This document shows, piece after piece, positions 12,296 to 20,920 of a stretch of DNA of 64,000 nucleotides. The first letter of the stretch is position 1. The number at the start of each line of letters is the position of its first letter. The stretch is from an uncultured Gammaproteobacteria bacterium. GTDB lineage: Bacteria > Patescibacteriota > Microgenomatia > JAMCZE01. Location: assembly GCA_964576435.1 (NCBI GenBank), contig CAZNUP010000002.1, positions 247,182-311,181 of the forward strand, given 5' to 3'. Under the pieces are notes generated by a model, which did no database searches, was not told the origin of the DNA, and saw only the letters and a list, made by a program, of their open reading frames with translations. The translations under genes and the position numbers were made by a program.

Positions 12296-12849
12296 TGATC
12301 GTGCTCGCCGTAATGGGCGCGCTTACTGGAATCGTATTTTTTGGACTCCACTCTTTCAACAATGGCCAATCTGTTGCCAATGCGCAAAAGGCATTTATAA
12401 CGGAGGTTCGCTCGGGTATTACTAAAGTTGATAATGGTGCTAATGGTTTGTCTGTCAGATCCGTAATTTTACTTGCCAATGGTGCTGATGGTTATTATGT
12501 TGATGGGACCAAAGTTTCTCTTCCAAAGGGTGTCACTATTTCTAAGAGTTCAAACCCTAGTAGTGTGATGCTTTTTTGTCTTGCAAATAAAAACTTAAGT
12601 GACTTTGATCTACCTACACAACCTAATGGTTGTTCAGGAACTTATAAAGATAGTAGTGGAAATAATATTACGGTTTCTTGCCCTAATGGAGCTACTGGAG
12701 CTGCACCTACACAATATTTTGTATGCTCTCCCCCTAATACTAAGTCTTCGCTTTCCTCTGTTACAGTTACATTTACAAATGGCTCAACGACTAAAAGTGT
12801 TGTAGTTCAAGGTAGTGGTATGAGAGTGAATCAAGTATATGCGCTATAA
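12256..12849 (+). CDS. minor pilin / pseudopilin-like protein
   Basis: MVKRNFGYSLVELMIVLAV class III signal (G-1, Y+1, E+5); overlaps the pilD 3' end by 40 nt in another frame. Confidence 0.6.
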   Translation: MVKRNFGYSLVELMIVLAVMGALTGIVFFGLHSFNNGQSVANAQKAFITEVRSGITKVDNGANGLSVRSVILLANGADGYYVDGTKVSLPKGVTISKSSNPSSVMLFCLANKNLSDFDLPTQPNGCSGTYKDSSGNNITVSCPNGATGAAPTQYFVCSPPNTKSSLSSVTVTFTNGSTTKSVVVQGSGMRVNQVYAL

Positions 12850-13291
12850 AAAGGGTTTTTCTATAGTAGAAACAATAGTTGCCTTGATGATTTTAGGAGC
12901 TATTGGGGCGGCTGTTTTGGGGCTTAACGTTCAGATTCAATCAGTGGCAAATAGTTCTAAATTCAAAACAATTTCTGAATCCCAGGCCCAAAGTATGATT
13001 GAAAGAGCTAGAAACGTAAAAGTTTCTGAAGGTGGAGTAAGTTCACTTACTGATGGTTGTTATACCAGTGAGGATTTGATTACTCCTTCTTTTACTGCAG
13101 CACAATGTACTTGTTCGTCTGCGGGTATTGTTCATGGGGGAAGTCTTCCAAATCTTGGACCAAATTTTAAGGGATATCTTGTTGTTAGTCCTAGTAGTGG
13201 TGGTGGAAAGAGAATTCAATCAGTTGTTGGATATGTAGAAAAAAATAAAACAGTTTGTACTGAAGTTGATACTTACATGTATGATTACTAA
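12839..13291 (+). CDS. minor pilin-like protein
   Basis: MRYKKGFSIVETIVALMILGAIGA prepilin-type signal with E+5; 150 aa. Confidence 0.55.
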   Translation: MRYKKGFSIVETIVALMILGAIGAAVLGLNVQIQSVANSSKFKTISESQAQSMIERARNVKVSEGGVSSLTDGCYTSEDLITPSFTAAQCTCSSAGIVHGGSLPNLGPNFKGYLVVSPSSGGGKRIQSVVGYVEKNKTVCTEVDTYMYDY

Positions 13292-13817
13292 GTTTAAAAA
13301 TAGAGCGGGGTTTACACTTATTGAGCTTGTTGTAGTGATTGCAATTTTTGGAATACTTGCAATTGTTGCGACTAACTATTTGCTTTCTACTGTTTCTACT
13401 AGTAATAGAATTAGCGTTGAAAATGAAGTTAGACAAAATGCTGTCCTAGTTCTATCCGAAATGTCAGATGAAATACGAAAAGCTACTAGTGTATGTAATA
13501 TTACCGCTAATGGATTTAAGACATCAAGCTCCCCTACCTGTGCAGCAGGTAATGATATTTCCACATTTACAATCACAAATGGTGTTGTTTCAAAAAATGG
13601 TAACCCTATCAGCTCTGATAAAGTCGCTTTTGTTGATTGTAACCAGTCTGGATGTAGTCAGGATAGAACAACTTGTGCACCCGGCATTGCTGTTACATTA
13701 AATGGTAAGGCCTATGAAATCGATATTACAGCTACACAACAAAATGCAACTACACGGGTTGATTCGTGCGCTCAAGTAAAACTTCATGATGTGGTTGTTC
13801 CTAGGAACGCGAATTGA
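13281..13817 (+). CDS. minor pilin-like protein
   Basis: MITKFKNRAGFTLIELVVVIAIFGILA prepilin signal; the ORF track starts at TTG 13266, the ATG at 13281 is preferred; overlaps the preceding gene by 11 nt. Confidence 0.6.
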   Translation: MITKFKNRAGFTLIELVVVIAIFGILAIVATNYLLSTVSTSNRISVENEVRQNAVLVLSEMSDEIRKATSVCNITANGFKTSSSPTCAAGNDISTFTITNGVVSKNGNPISSDKVAFVDCNQSGCSQDRTTCAPGIAVTLNGKAYEIDITATQQNATTRVDSCAQVKLHDVVVPRNAN

Positions 13818-13855
13818 TAATTGATAAATTTTTCTAATGTTGTTAGGCTAAAACT

Positions 13856-14695
13856 GTGAATATTGTTAGACAAAAAGGTCAAGTCACTTTGATTGCAGTT
13901 ATTTTGGGTGTTTTGGGTTTAACACTGGGACTTGCTGTTGCCTCCAGATCGCTTTCGGACTTTAAACAAGCAAGCACTGTTGATTTTGGAACTAAGGCGC
14001 TTGCTGCTGCTGAAGCGGGAGCAGAGTATGGCTTAAATGCTTTAGCAACTAGAACAACACCTGTTATCAGTTGTGAAACCTCACCAAATTTAGCAGCGGC
14101 GGGACAACCATTGGTTGGACTCAGTAACACTTTAATTAATGTCAATAATTTGGTAGTTCAGACCTGCCCGGATGCCTTGCAATTTGCAATGGGTGAAGTT
14201 GACAAAGATGATGTTTTTCAGGTTGACTTTAGTGGAAGTACAACGCCAACTACTCAAGTTAGAATTTATTGGACCGATGCTAGTGGAATTTTAGTTTCAG
14301 GTCTTTCTGACACTTTTGCAATTGGAAGATCGGCATTTCGTAATCCTTCACAACTTAGTGGAAGTAATTTTACTACTGCTACCTCCATATCTAGTTCAAA
14401 TACTGCTTGTGACCAGGAAGCAAAGAAAAACGCCGCATATAACTATACTGGAACTGTTACAGTAGTTCCCACTGGTGCAGCTAGACTTTTGAGGATTACA
14501 CCAATTGGCTCTAGCGCAAAGATATATGTTTGTGGTGAGACCACTGTTATTCCACCACAATATTATGAAGTGACTTCTACAGCCACAACGAAAAATGGAA
14601 CTACTAAAAGAGTAAGAGTACGTAGGGATATTTCTGGAAAGCTACCAGCGATTTTTGACAACGTGTTATATTCCGGAGGCTCGATCACAAAATAG
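13856..14695 (+). CDS. PilX-like pilus-associated protein (PilX_N-type N-terminus)
   Basis: N-terminus RQKGQVTLIAVILGVLGLTLGLAVASRSLSD resembles the PilX_N signature; GTG start; 279 aa. Confidence 0.5.
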   Translation: MNIVRQKGQVTLIAVILGVLGLTLGLAVASRSLSDFKQASTVDFGTKALAAAEAGAEYGLNALATRTTPVISCETSPNLAAAGQPLVGLSNTLINVNNLVVQTCPDALQFAMGEVDKDDVFQVDFSGSTTPTTQVRIYWTDASGILVSGLSDTFAIGRSAFRNPSQLSGSNFTTATSISSSNTACDQEAKKNAAYNYTGTVTVVPTGAARLLRITPIGSSAKIYVCGETTVIPPQYYEVTSTATTKNGTTKRVRVRRDISGKLPAIFDNVLYSGGSITK

Positions 14696-14710
14696 TTTTT
14701 TAAACTGCCC

Positions 14711-15739
14711 ATGAAGTTTCAAGACCACATTGGACTCGATATTGGCGAGCGAAATATTAAATTAATTCAATTAGCTCGCAATGGTGATAGCTTTAGTCTT
14801 TCTTCTATTGGAATTACTGACTCTACTCCCCTATCTGACGCTCCTGGATCAGACGCTTTAATTTCGCAGAGTATAAAAAAATTGGCTTCAGATACTGGCA
14901 CTCATGGTAAGGCAGTTGTTTTAGCTTTACCTGAATCGCAAGTTTATACACGAGTTATTGAGATGCCGTATTTGGAAGAACCGGAACTGTCGTCGACAAT
15001 TAAGTGGCAGGCCGAGCAATACATCCCTGTTTCTTTAGCCGATGTAGTTTTGAAGCACCAGGTTTTAAGTTTGCCAGAAACAGGAGTTCCTAATGCCACC
15101 ATGACGGTTCTTCTTGTTGCAGCACCGACGAGTTTAATTACAAGATATACATCAATTATTTCGAAAGCTGGACTCGAAGCAGTTGCAGTTGAGACAGAAA
15201 TTTTTGCAGCTGCGAGGTCCCTAGTTGCTAATGATGATTTTGGTGGGTCAACTCTCCTTGTCAATTTCGGATCTGATACAACAACTTTAGCAGCTTTAAA
15301 GAAAGGTAGCCTGACTCTTACCCAGTCTATTCCTACAGGTGGGTCAACAATGGTTAGAGCACTTTCTTCTAGTTTGAGTTTAGACATGAAGCAGGCTGAA
15401 GAATATAAAAAGACATATGGACTTGACTCACAAAAGCTAGATGGAAAAGTTTATACAACTATTAAGCCCATAGTGGACCAGATTATTTCCGAAATTAAAA
15501 AAGTGGTGGCATTTAGCGAAACTCGGGGAAATGATAATGCTATCAAGCGTGTGATTTTATGTGGTGGCAATGCATTAACTCCGGGACTTTTGTCTTACTT
15601 TACTGCTAATTTGGGCCTCGAGGTTCAACTTGGTAACCCCTTTAATCGCGTCCAGCTTACTGATAAGCAAAGAGCTGTGGTTTTTGATGCGGGTCCAATT
15701 TTTGCAGCGAGTGTGGGGCTTGCGATGAAACTAACATGA
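14711..15739 (+). CDS. pilM: type IV pilus assembly protein PilM (actin-like ATPase fold)
   Basis: MKFQDHIGLDIGERNIKLIQLARNGDSF N-terminus typical of PilM; 342 aa. Confidence 0.85.
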   Translation: MKFQDHIGLDIGERNIKLIQLARNGDSFSLSSIGITDSTPLSDAPGSDALISQSIKKLASDTGTHGKAVVLALPESQVYTRVIEMPYLEEPELSSTIKWQAEQYIPVSLADVVLKHQVLSLPETGVPNATMTVLLVAAPTSLITRYTSIISKAGLEAVAVETEIFAAARSLVANDDFGGSTLLVNFGSDTTTLAALKKGSLTLTQSIPTGGSTMVRALSSSLSLDMKQAEEYKKTYGLDSQKLDGKVYTTIKPIVDQIISEIKKVVAFSETRGNDNAIKRVILCGGNALTPGLLSYFTANLGLEVQLGNPFNRVQLTDKQRAVVFDAGPIFAASVGLAMKLT

Positions 15740-16290
15740 TTGACGTTAATCTTTTACCACAGAACGATTTGGTCAAAAAACAGGACACTAAAATTAAGTT
15801 TTATAGTGTTCTTGTTATTGTGGTCACTGTTTTAGTTGTTAGTGCCACTATTGGTGGACTTTTGATTTACAAAGGAATGCAAGAGAAGCAACTCGCTGAA
15901 CTTATGCTTAGAGAAAAAACTGCTAAGGCTAGCTTAGAGCAGGATACGCAGAAAGCAACCACTTTAATCTCGCTTAAAAAGAAAGCAAAAGGAATAGAGA
16001 CAATTGAAAAGAATCGTTATGACTTTCAGGATGCGTTTGGGTATGTTACTTCTCTTGTGCCGCCTGGAATTGATATTAATTCAGTAATAATTAAAGATGA
16101 TGGTGAAGTTACATTGACACTAAATAGTGAGAGCGTTCAGGAGGTTGTAGATTATATTGGTAGTATAAGCTCTGATTCAAATCTAAAGAAGACAAGAGTG
16201 TCAAGACTTGGAGTTGGTGAAGACGGAAAGGTTGGGTTTATTTTAGGTGGCGATTATGGAGAATCCAAAAAATCCACTCAGCTCAATTAA
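15736..16290 (+). CDS. pilN: type IV pilus assembly protein PilN
   Basis: MIDVNLLPQ start, a single N-terminal TM segment, 4-nt overlap with pilM. Confidence 0.75.
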   Translation: MIDVNLLPQNDLVKKQDTKIKFYSVLVIVVTVLVVSATIGGLLIYKGMQEKQLAELMLREKTAKASLEQDTQKATTLISLKKKAKGIETIEKNRYDFQDAFGYVTSLVPPGIDINSVIIKDDGEVTLTLNSESVQEVVDYIGSISSDSNLKKTRVSRLGVGEDGKVGFILGGDYGESKKSTQLN

Positions 16291-16996
16291 AATTGATAAG
16301 CAAAGTTTTGATTGGTCAAAATATCTCTTATCTGGCATTGCTGTGCTAATTGTTTTTGCCAGTAGTATTGTTTTGTATTCCTTTATTCCTTCAACTTGGG
16401 CAGAAATTAGTCAGAATTCCACTTTAATTCAAGAGGAGACAACTAAGGTATCAAACATGGAAAAGGCTGTAGCAGTTCTTAATAATGTTAATAGTTCGCA
16501 GATTGGCCAGAATTTGATCCAAGCACAACTTGCACTGCCAGATGAAAAAAGAGTTACGGGATTAGTTTCAGCGTTAACTACTTTAGCATCCTCATCGGGG
16601 GCGACAGTTTCACAAATTGACATCTCATTTGGAAAGGTGTCTACCTCATCGGGTAAGACAAAACCTGTTACAGCTACTAATTCTTTTAGCCAATTTGAAG
16701 ATACCAAACTTCCAAACGATGTGGTTGGTGTGCCAATTATTTTGGAAGTTACTGGGACATCTGACCAGGTTCTTGCGCTTATTGGAAAGGTTCAAGAGGC
16801 ATTGCCACTTCTTGATATAAGAGACATGGAATATATAGTTAGTGACGACAAGCAAAGTAGTAAACTGTCAGTTCTTGTTTATGCTCAACCTGGGGAAGTG
16901 TTTAATTTATCAAAAGTAGATAAGATTTCGCCTATTACGTATTCGGAGCAGAATTACTTGAACATCTTAAACACTAAGACTGATATTCTTCAGTGA
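16256..16996 (+). CDS. pilO: PilO-like pilus assembly protein
   Basis: N-terminal TM anchor followed by a coiled-coil region, positioned after pilM and pilN; the ORF track starts at GTG 16247, the ATG at 16256 is preferred. Confidence 0.5.
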   Translation: MENPKNPLSSIKIDKQSFDWSKYLLSGIAVLIVFASSIVLYSFIPSTWAEISQNSTLIQEETTKVSNMEKAVAVLNNVNSSQIGQNLIQAQLALPDEKRVTGLVSALTTLASSSGATVSQIDISFGKVSTSSGKTKPVTATNSFSQFEDTKLPNDVVGVPIILEVTGTSDQVLALIGKVQEALPLLDIRDMEYIVSDDKQSSKLSVLVYAQPGEVFNLSKVDKISPITYSEQNYLNILNTKTDILQ

Positions 16997-17243
16997 GGAC
17001 TACGTTTGTGTGAACTGATTGCTTAATTGAAAGGGTCTTTACTAAATTTCTAATTGCTCTTATTGTCTTTCCACCTTTACCAATTACTTTACCCATATCA
17101 TCTTTAGAAACAGTTGTTTTTAGAACAGTTCCACCATATTGGTCGACTTCATCCTCAATCAAAATAGCACTTGGTTCGTCGACAATATTTTCAAGAAGAA
17201 AAGTTAAAAGTTTTTTTGGTGAATTAGGCATGATTTTTAGCAA
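16974..17243 (-). CDS. KH-domain RNA-binding protein (YlqC / UPF0109 family)
   Basis: VIGKGGKTIRAIRNLV KH motif (GxxG); sits downstream of rpsP as in the conserved rpsP-ylqC order. Confidence 0.8.
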   Translation of the reverse strand: MLKIMPNSPKKLLTFLLENIVDEPSAILIEDEVDQYGGTVLKTTVSKDDMGKVIGKGGKTIRAIRNLVKTLSIKQSVHTNVVLTEEYQS

Positions 17244-17463
17244 GTAGACTGCCTACGGTTGCGGTTGGGGTTGCGCCAACACTCAACCAATAGTTGATAC
17301 GGTCTTTATTTAGAGTCATTTTATTTGCTTTGTCAGCTGGATTGTAAGTACCAAGAATTTCAATGGCTCTCCCATTTCTTTTCTTGTGTTCATCAATTGC
17401 GACGAGACGATAAACTGGGGCTCCTTTTTTTCCAAAGCGTGCTAGTCGTAGTTTTACTGCCAT
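17224..17463 (-). CDS. rpsP: 30S ribosomal protein S16
   Basis: MAVKLRLARFGKKGAPVYRLVAIDEHKKRNGRAIEILGTYNP. Confidence 0.9.
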   Translation of the reverse strand: MAVKLRLARFGKKGAPVYRLVAIDEHKKRNGRAIEILGTYNPADKANKMTLNKDRINYWLSVGATPTATVGSLLAKNHA

Positions 17464-17478
17464 AACTTAATCTTGATT

Positions 17479-18186
17479 TTACACTTTCAGGGCCTCTAGT
17501 GCAAGCTTGGCGGCGTTTTGTTCTGCGTCTTGCTTACTTCTACCCTCATCTTTTGCAAGAAGTTTTCCTTCCAAAAAGACCCCAACTGTAAATGTTTTGT
17601 CGTGATCTGGACCAGATTCCCCTAGAACTTGATAGGTTGGGGAAACTTTTGCTTTGTCTTGCGTTGTCTCCTGAAGAGTGCTTTTATAGTCCTGGATTTC
17701 AGAGTTCTCACTAACGTCAGTTATTAGTGGGAATAGATTTTTTTTGAGGAATTCTTTTGCTATCTCTATTCCTTGGTCCAGGTAAATGGCGCCTAAAACA
17801 GCCTCGAAGGTATCTGCAAGGAGTGATGGATTGTTTCGTCCGCCACTTTTTTCCTCACCCTTACTTATTAAAAGAAAATCCCCAAGGTTTAGTGTTTTTG
17901 CTAGCTCGCTTAAAGTTTTTGTTTTAACAAGAAGAGATCTGAGAGAAGTTAACTTGCCTTCAGGATAGGATTTGAATTTGTTATAGAGTTCTGTTGAAAC
18001 AAGAATAGAAAGCACACTATCCCCTAGAAACTCTAGACGTTCGTTAGAGACTTTAGCGGTATGTTCTTCGTTTAAATATGATCTATGAGTAAGAGCGGTT
18101 TTTAGGAGTTTTGGATCCTTGAAAGTGATATTTAACTTTTTTTGAAGATCGTCTACGTTTTCCATATTAATCAGTTTGTTCCTCAA
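17479..18186 (-). CDS. rnc: ribonuclease III
   Basis: ERLEFLGDSVL catalytic signature and a C-terminal dsRBD; 235 aa. Confidence 0.9.
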   Translation of the reverse strand: MRNKLINMENVDDLQKKLNITFKDPKLLKTALTHRSYLNEEHTAKVSNERLEFLGDSVLSILVSTELYNKFKSYPEGKLTSLRSLLVKTKTLSELAKTLNLGDFLLISKGEEKSGGRNNPSLLADTFEAVLGAIYLDQGIEIAKEFLKKNLFPLITDVSENSEIQDYKSTLQETTQDKAKVSPTYQVLGESGPDHDKTFTVGVFLEGKLLAKDEGRSKQDAEQNAAKLALEALKV

Positions 18187-18733
18187 TTTGGGTTATTAAA
18201 TCTAAGACGGTTTCTGGTGGATTTTCCTTGTCAAAAACAATGTTATATTCCTTTTCCAAACTAGCAAAGAGATCAGAAACTTCTAGGTCGGAAGCATTTA
18301 GGTCAGTTTTCAAATTGGCTTCGTCGGTTATATTTTTATCGTCCGTACCAAATTTAACTGCTAGTACGCGTTTAATTCTTGTTGGGGTTAAAAGTGCTTT
18401 GCCAAGAGCTCCGTTTATGAAACTTGGGCTTGTTTCTGTGCCAAATTCTTTGGCTAACTCCACACTTTCATCGATAATTACTTTGGCTGGGGCTTGCGGA
18501 TCAATGACAAGTTCGTAGATTCCAAGTCTTAGAATAGCTAGGTCAATTTGATTTATCCTTGTTATCTCCCATTCAGGGGCGCAGGATTTAATTAATTCGT
18601 CTATTTGTTCGATGTGTGCTACCACGTCTTTGGTTTTTTGGGAAATACGTTGACCTTTGTGAGCTTGCCAGGCAAAAAGTTCTTGAATTGTCTTTTGGCG
18701 TTCTTGATGCCTTGGGTCAGAAGCGGTTTTCAT
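18167..18733 (-). CDS. nusB: transcription antitermination factor NusB with a C-terminal acyl-carrier-protein-like extension
   Basis: NusB core up to ...SPSFINGALGKALLT; a further ~70 aa (IKRVLAVKFGTDDKNITDEANLKTDLNASDLEVSDLFASLEKEYNIVFDKENPPETVLDLITQIEEQ) align by eye to ACP (IEERVKKIIGEQLGV...[21 protein letters not shown]...). Confidence 0.7.
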   Translation of the reverse strand: MKTASDPRHQERQKTIQELFAWQAHKGQRISQKTKDVVAHIEQIDELIKSCAPEWEITRINQIDLAILRLGIYELVIDPQAPAKVIIDESVELAKEFGTETSPSFINGALGKALLTPTRIKRVLAVKFGTDDKNITDEANLKTDLNASDLEVSDLFASLEKEYNIVFDKENPPETVLDLITQIEEQTD

Positions 18734-18933
18734 TAAGCAGTTTTTGCCTTAGGTGTTTTAATTTTCTTGACTTGGCGACCTTTGTAAAAACCACAATGTT
18801 TGCAGGCAGTATGAGTTGGGGTGGGCTTTCCACAATTTGCACATTTTGAAAGCGCGAGGAATTTGGCCTGATGATCTTTTCTTCTTCGGCCTTGTCGTCT
18901 TGTTGATAGTCGGCGTTTTGGTAGTGGTGTCAT
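18733..18933 (-). CDS. rpmF: 50S ribosomal protein L32
   Basis: MTPLPKRRLSTRRQGRRRKDHQ N-terminus and a CxxC...CxxC zinc ribbon; its stop and the nusB start overlap as TAATG. Confidence 0.85.
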   Translation of the reverse strand: MTPLPKRRLSTRRQGRRRKDHQAKFLALSKCANCGKPTPTHTACKHCGFYKGRQVKKIKTPKAKTA

Positions 18934-18934
18934 G

Positions 18935-20896
18935 CTAGTTTTGAACTATTGATATTTTACTTTCTCTGATAAGTTTTAACAAGAGCGGAAAGTCTTGGGG
19001 GTTTTTTAGGACCTTTTCAGCAAAAGTTGATGATCTTTCGACTAGTTCTAGATCTGAGAAGTCTGCTATTTTTAGATCCCATTTGCCATGTTGGGCAGTC
19101 CCAAATCTCTGGCCAGGGCCTCTGAATTTAAGATCGGTTTCTGCTAACTGGAGTCCATCGTTTAGTCTTTCAAGATACTTTAGTCTACTTATTCCTTGGT
19201 CGTTTTCAGTAAACAAAAGGCAATATGACTGCTTGTCTCCCCTTCCAACTCTTCCCCTTAGTTGGTGAAGTTGGGCAAGGCCAAAACGGTCGGCTGCTTC
19301 AATTAACATAATAGTAGCGTTTGGAATGTCTATTCCGACCTCAACCACTGGAGTTGCTACCAAAATATCAAGTTTTTTGTCTTTAAATTGACCTAGGATT
19401 TTGTCTTTTTCGCTTGGTTTCATTTGGCCATGTAAAAGTCCTAACTTTAAATCTGGAAACACATTGTCTTTTAGGTTGGCATATTCTTTTTTGGCGGCTT
19501 TGACTTCAGAAAGGGTTTCCGACTCTGACTCTTCAATTAGGGGGCAAACTATAAAGCTCTGAGTTTTTTGATTTTTTATCCAGGTATAGGCCCCTGCCCT
19601 TTTTTCCTTAGGGACTACCCAAGTTTTAACTGGAAGACGGTTTTTAGGTAGCTCATCTAAGACTGAAATATCTAAATCGCCATACAAAGTTAAAGCAACA
19701 GTCCTTGGGATCGGAGTTGCTGTCATTGTCAAAACGTGAGGATTTTTGCCTTTTGCAGTTAATTTAGCTCTTTGCCCTACTCCAAAGCGATGTTGTTCAT
19801 CTATGACAATTAAACCCAGGTTTTTGAAATTTAAGTTATCTGACAAAAGGGCGTGAGTGCCAACGACAATGTCATAACCAGAGTAATCTTTGGTTGACCC
19901 TGTGGCTATCCCAACTGGGATGTCTAAAAGTTTAGAAAGTGTTTTGTGGTGTTGATTTGCAAGGATTTCTGTTGGTGCCATCAGAACTGACTGGAAGCCA
20001 TTTTCATGGGCTTGAAGCATGGCAAGAGCAGCAACTACAGTTTTTCCAGAACCGACGTCCCCTTGAAGAAGCCTGTTCATCGGAGTCTCTTTCTCTAGAT
20101 CATTTGAGATTTCTGAAATGACTTTTTCTTGGGCGACAGTCAAAGCAAAAGGTAAGGTTTTTTTAAATTTGGTTTGATCGATAGGTTTAAATTTGTTACC
20201 AATGAGGTTTTTTTGCCAAAGTTCTTTACGCTCTTTAGATTCAAGCTGAGAGAACACTAATTCATCAAATGCTAGCCTCTCTCTGGCTTTTGCTGCCAAT
20301 TCCTTACTTTCTGGGAAATGAATTTGATTAAGTGCATCTTTTAATCTCATTTCTTGATTTGGAAGATAGTCTTCTACTTCTAAGTTTTTTAAAACATGGT
20401 GAATTCGGCCTCTAAGCCACTTTGAAGAAATGCCTTCAGTTTCTGGATAAATTGGAACCAGTCTTCCGGTGTGAATAGCTTCTCCGTAAAGAACTTCATA
20501 TTGTGGGGCTTCTAATTGGAGTTTGTTGCCAGTACGTTTTACTTTTCCAGAAAGAGAAATGTTGTCGCCTTTATGGATTGCGCTAGTTAAAAATCTTTGG
20601 TTGAACCAAATTGCCTCGGAAATTCCTGTTTCATCTTCAACTTTAGCTGTTTCAATTGCGAAGCCACTTTTTGTGATAAAGTTTTTTATATCAATAACTT
20701 TCCCCTTTATTGTGACAATTTCTCCTTCTTGTAATGAATTTGCCTTTGCTAAAAGAGAAAAGTCTTCATAGCGACTTGGAATATGCCACAAGAGATCTTT
20801 AATAGTTTTAATTCCAAGCCTGTCTAGTCTTGTTTCGAATTGGGGCCCAATTTGGGGGATTTGAGAGATTCTATTTGTAAGTGAAAGCATAGCCAA
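18935..20896 (-). CDS. recG: ATP-dependent DNA helicase RecG
   Basis: 653 aa with an N-terminal wedge domain, helicase motif I GDVGSGKT, DEQHRFGV (motif II) and QLHQLRGRVGRG (motif VI). Confidence 0.9.
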   Translation of the reverse strand: MAMLSLTNRISQIPQIGPQFETRLDRLGIKTIKDLLWHIPSRYEDFSLLAKANSLQEGEIVTIKGKVIDIKNFITKSGFAIETAKVEDETGISEAIWFNQRFLTSAIHKGDNISLSGKVKRTGNKLQLEAPQYEVLYGEAIHTGRLVPIYPETEGISSKWLRGRIHHVLKNLEVEDYLPNQEMRLKDALNQIHFPESKELAAKARERLAFDELVFSQLESKERKELWQKNLIGNKFKPIDQTKFKKTLPFALTVAQEKVISEISNDLEKETPMNRLLQGDVGSGKTVVAALAMLQAHENGFQSVLMAPTEILANQHHKTLSKLLDIPVGIATGSTKDYSGYDIVVGTHALLSDNLNFKNLGLIVIDEQHRFGVGQRAKLTAKGKNPHVLTMTATPIPRTVALTLYGDLDISVLDELPKNRLPVKTWVVPKEKRAGAYTWIKNQKTQSFIVCPLIEESESETLSEVKAAKKEYANLKDNVFPDLKLGLLHGQMKPSEKDKILGQFKDKKLDILVATPVVEVGIDIPNATIMLIEAADRFGLAQLHQLRGRVGRGDKQSYCLLFTENDQGISRLKYLERLNDGLQLAETDLKFRGPGQRFGTAQHGKWDLKIADFSDLELVERSSTFAEKVLKNPQDFPLLLKLIRESKISIVQN

Positions 20897-20920
20897 ATTA
20901 TACTTGTTATACTGAAATGT

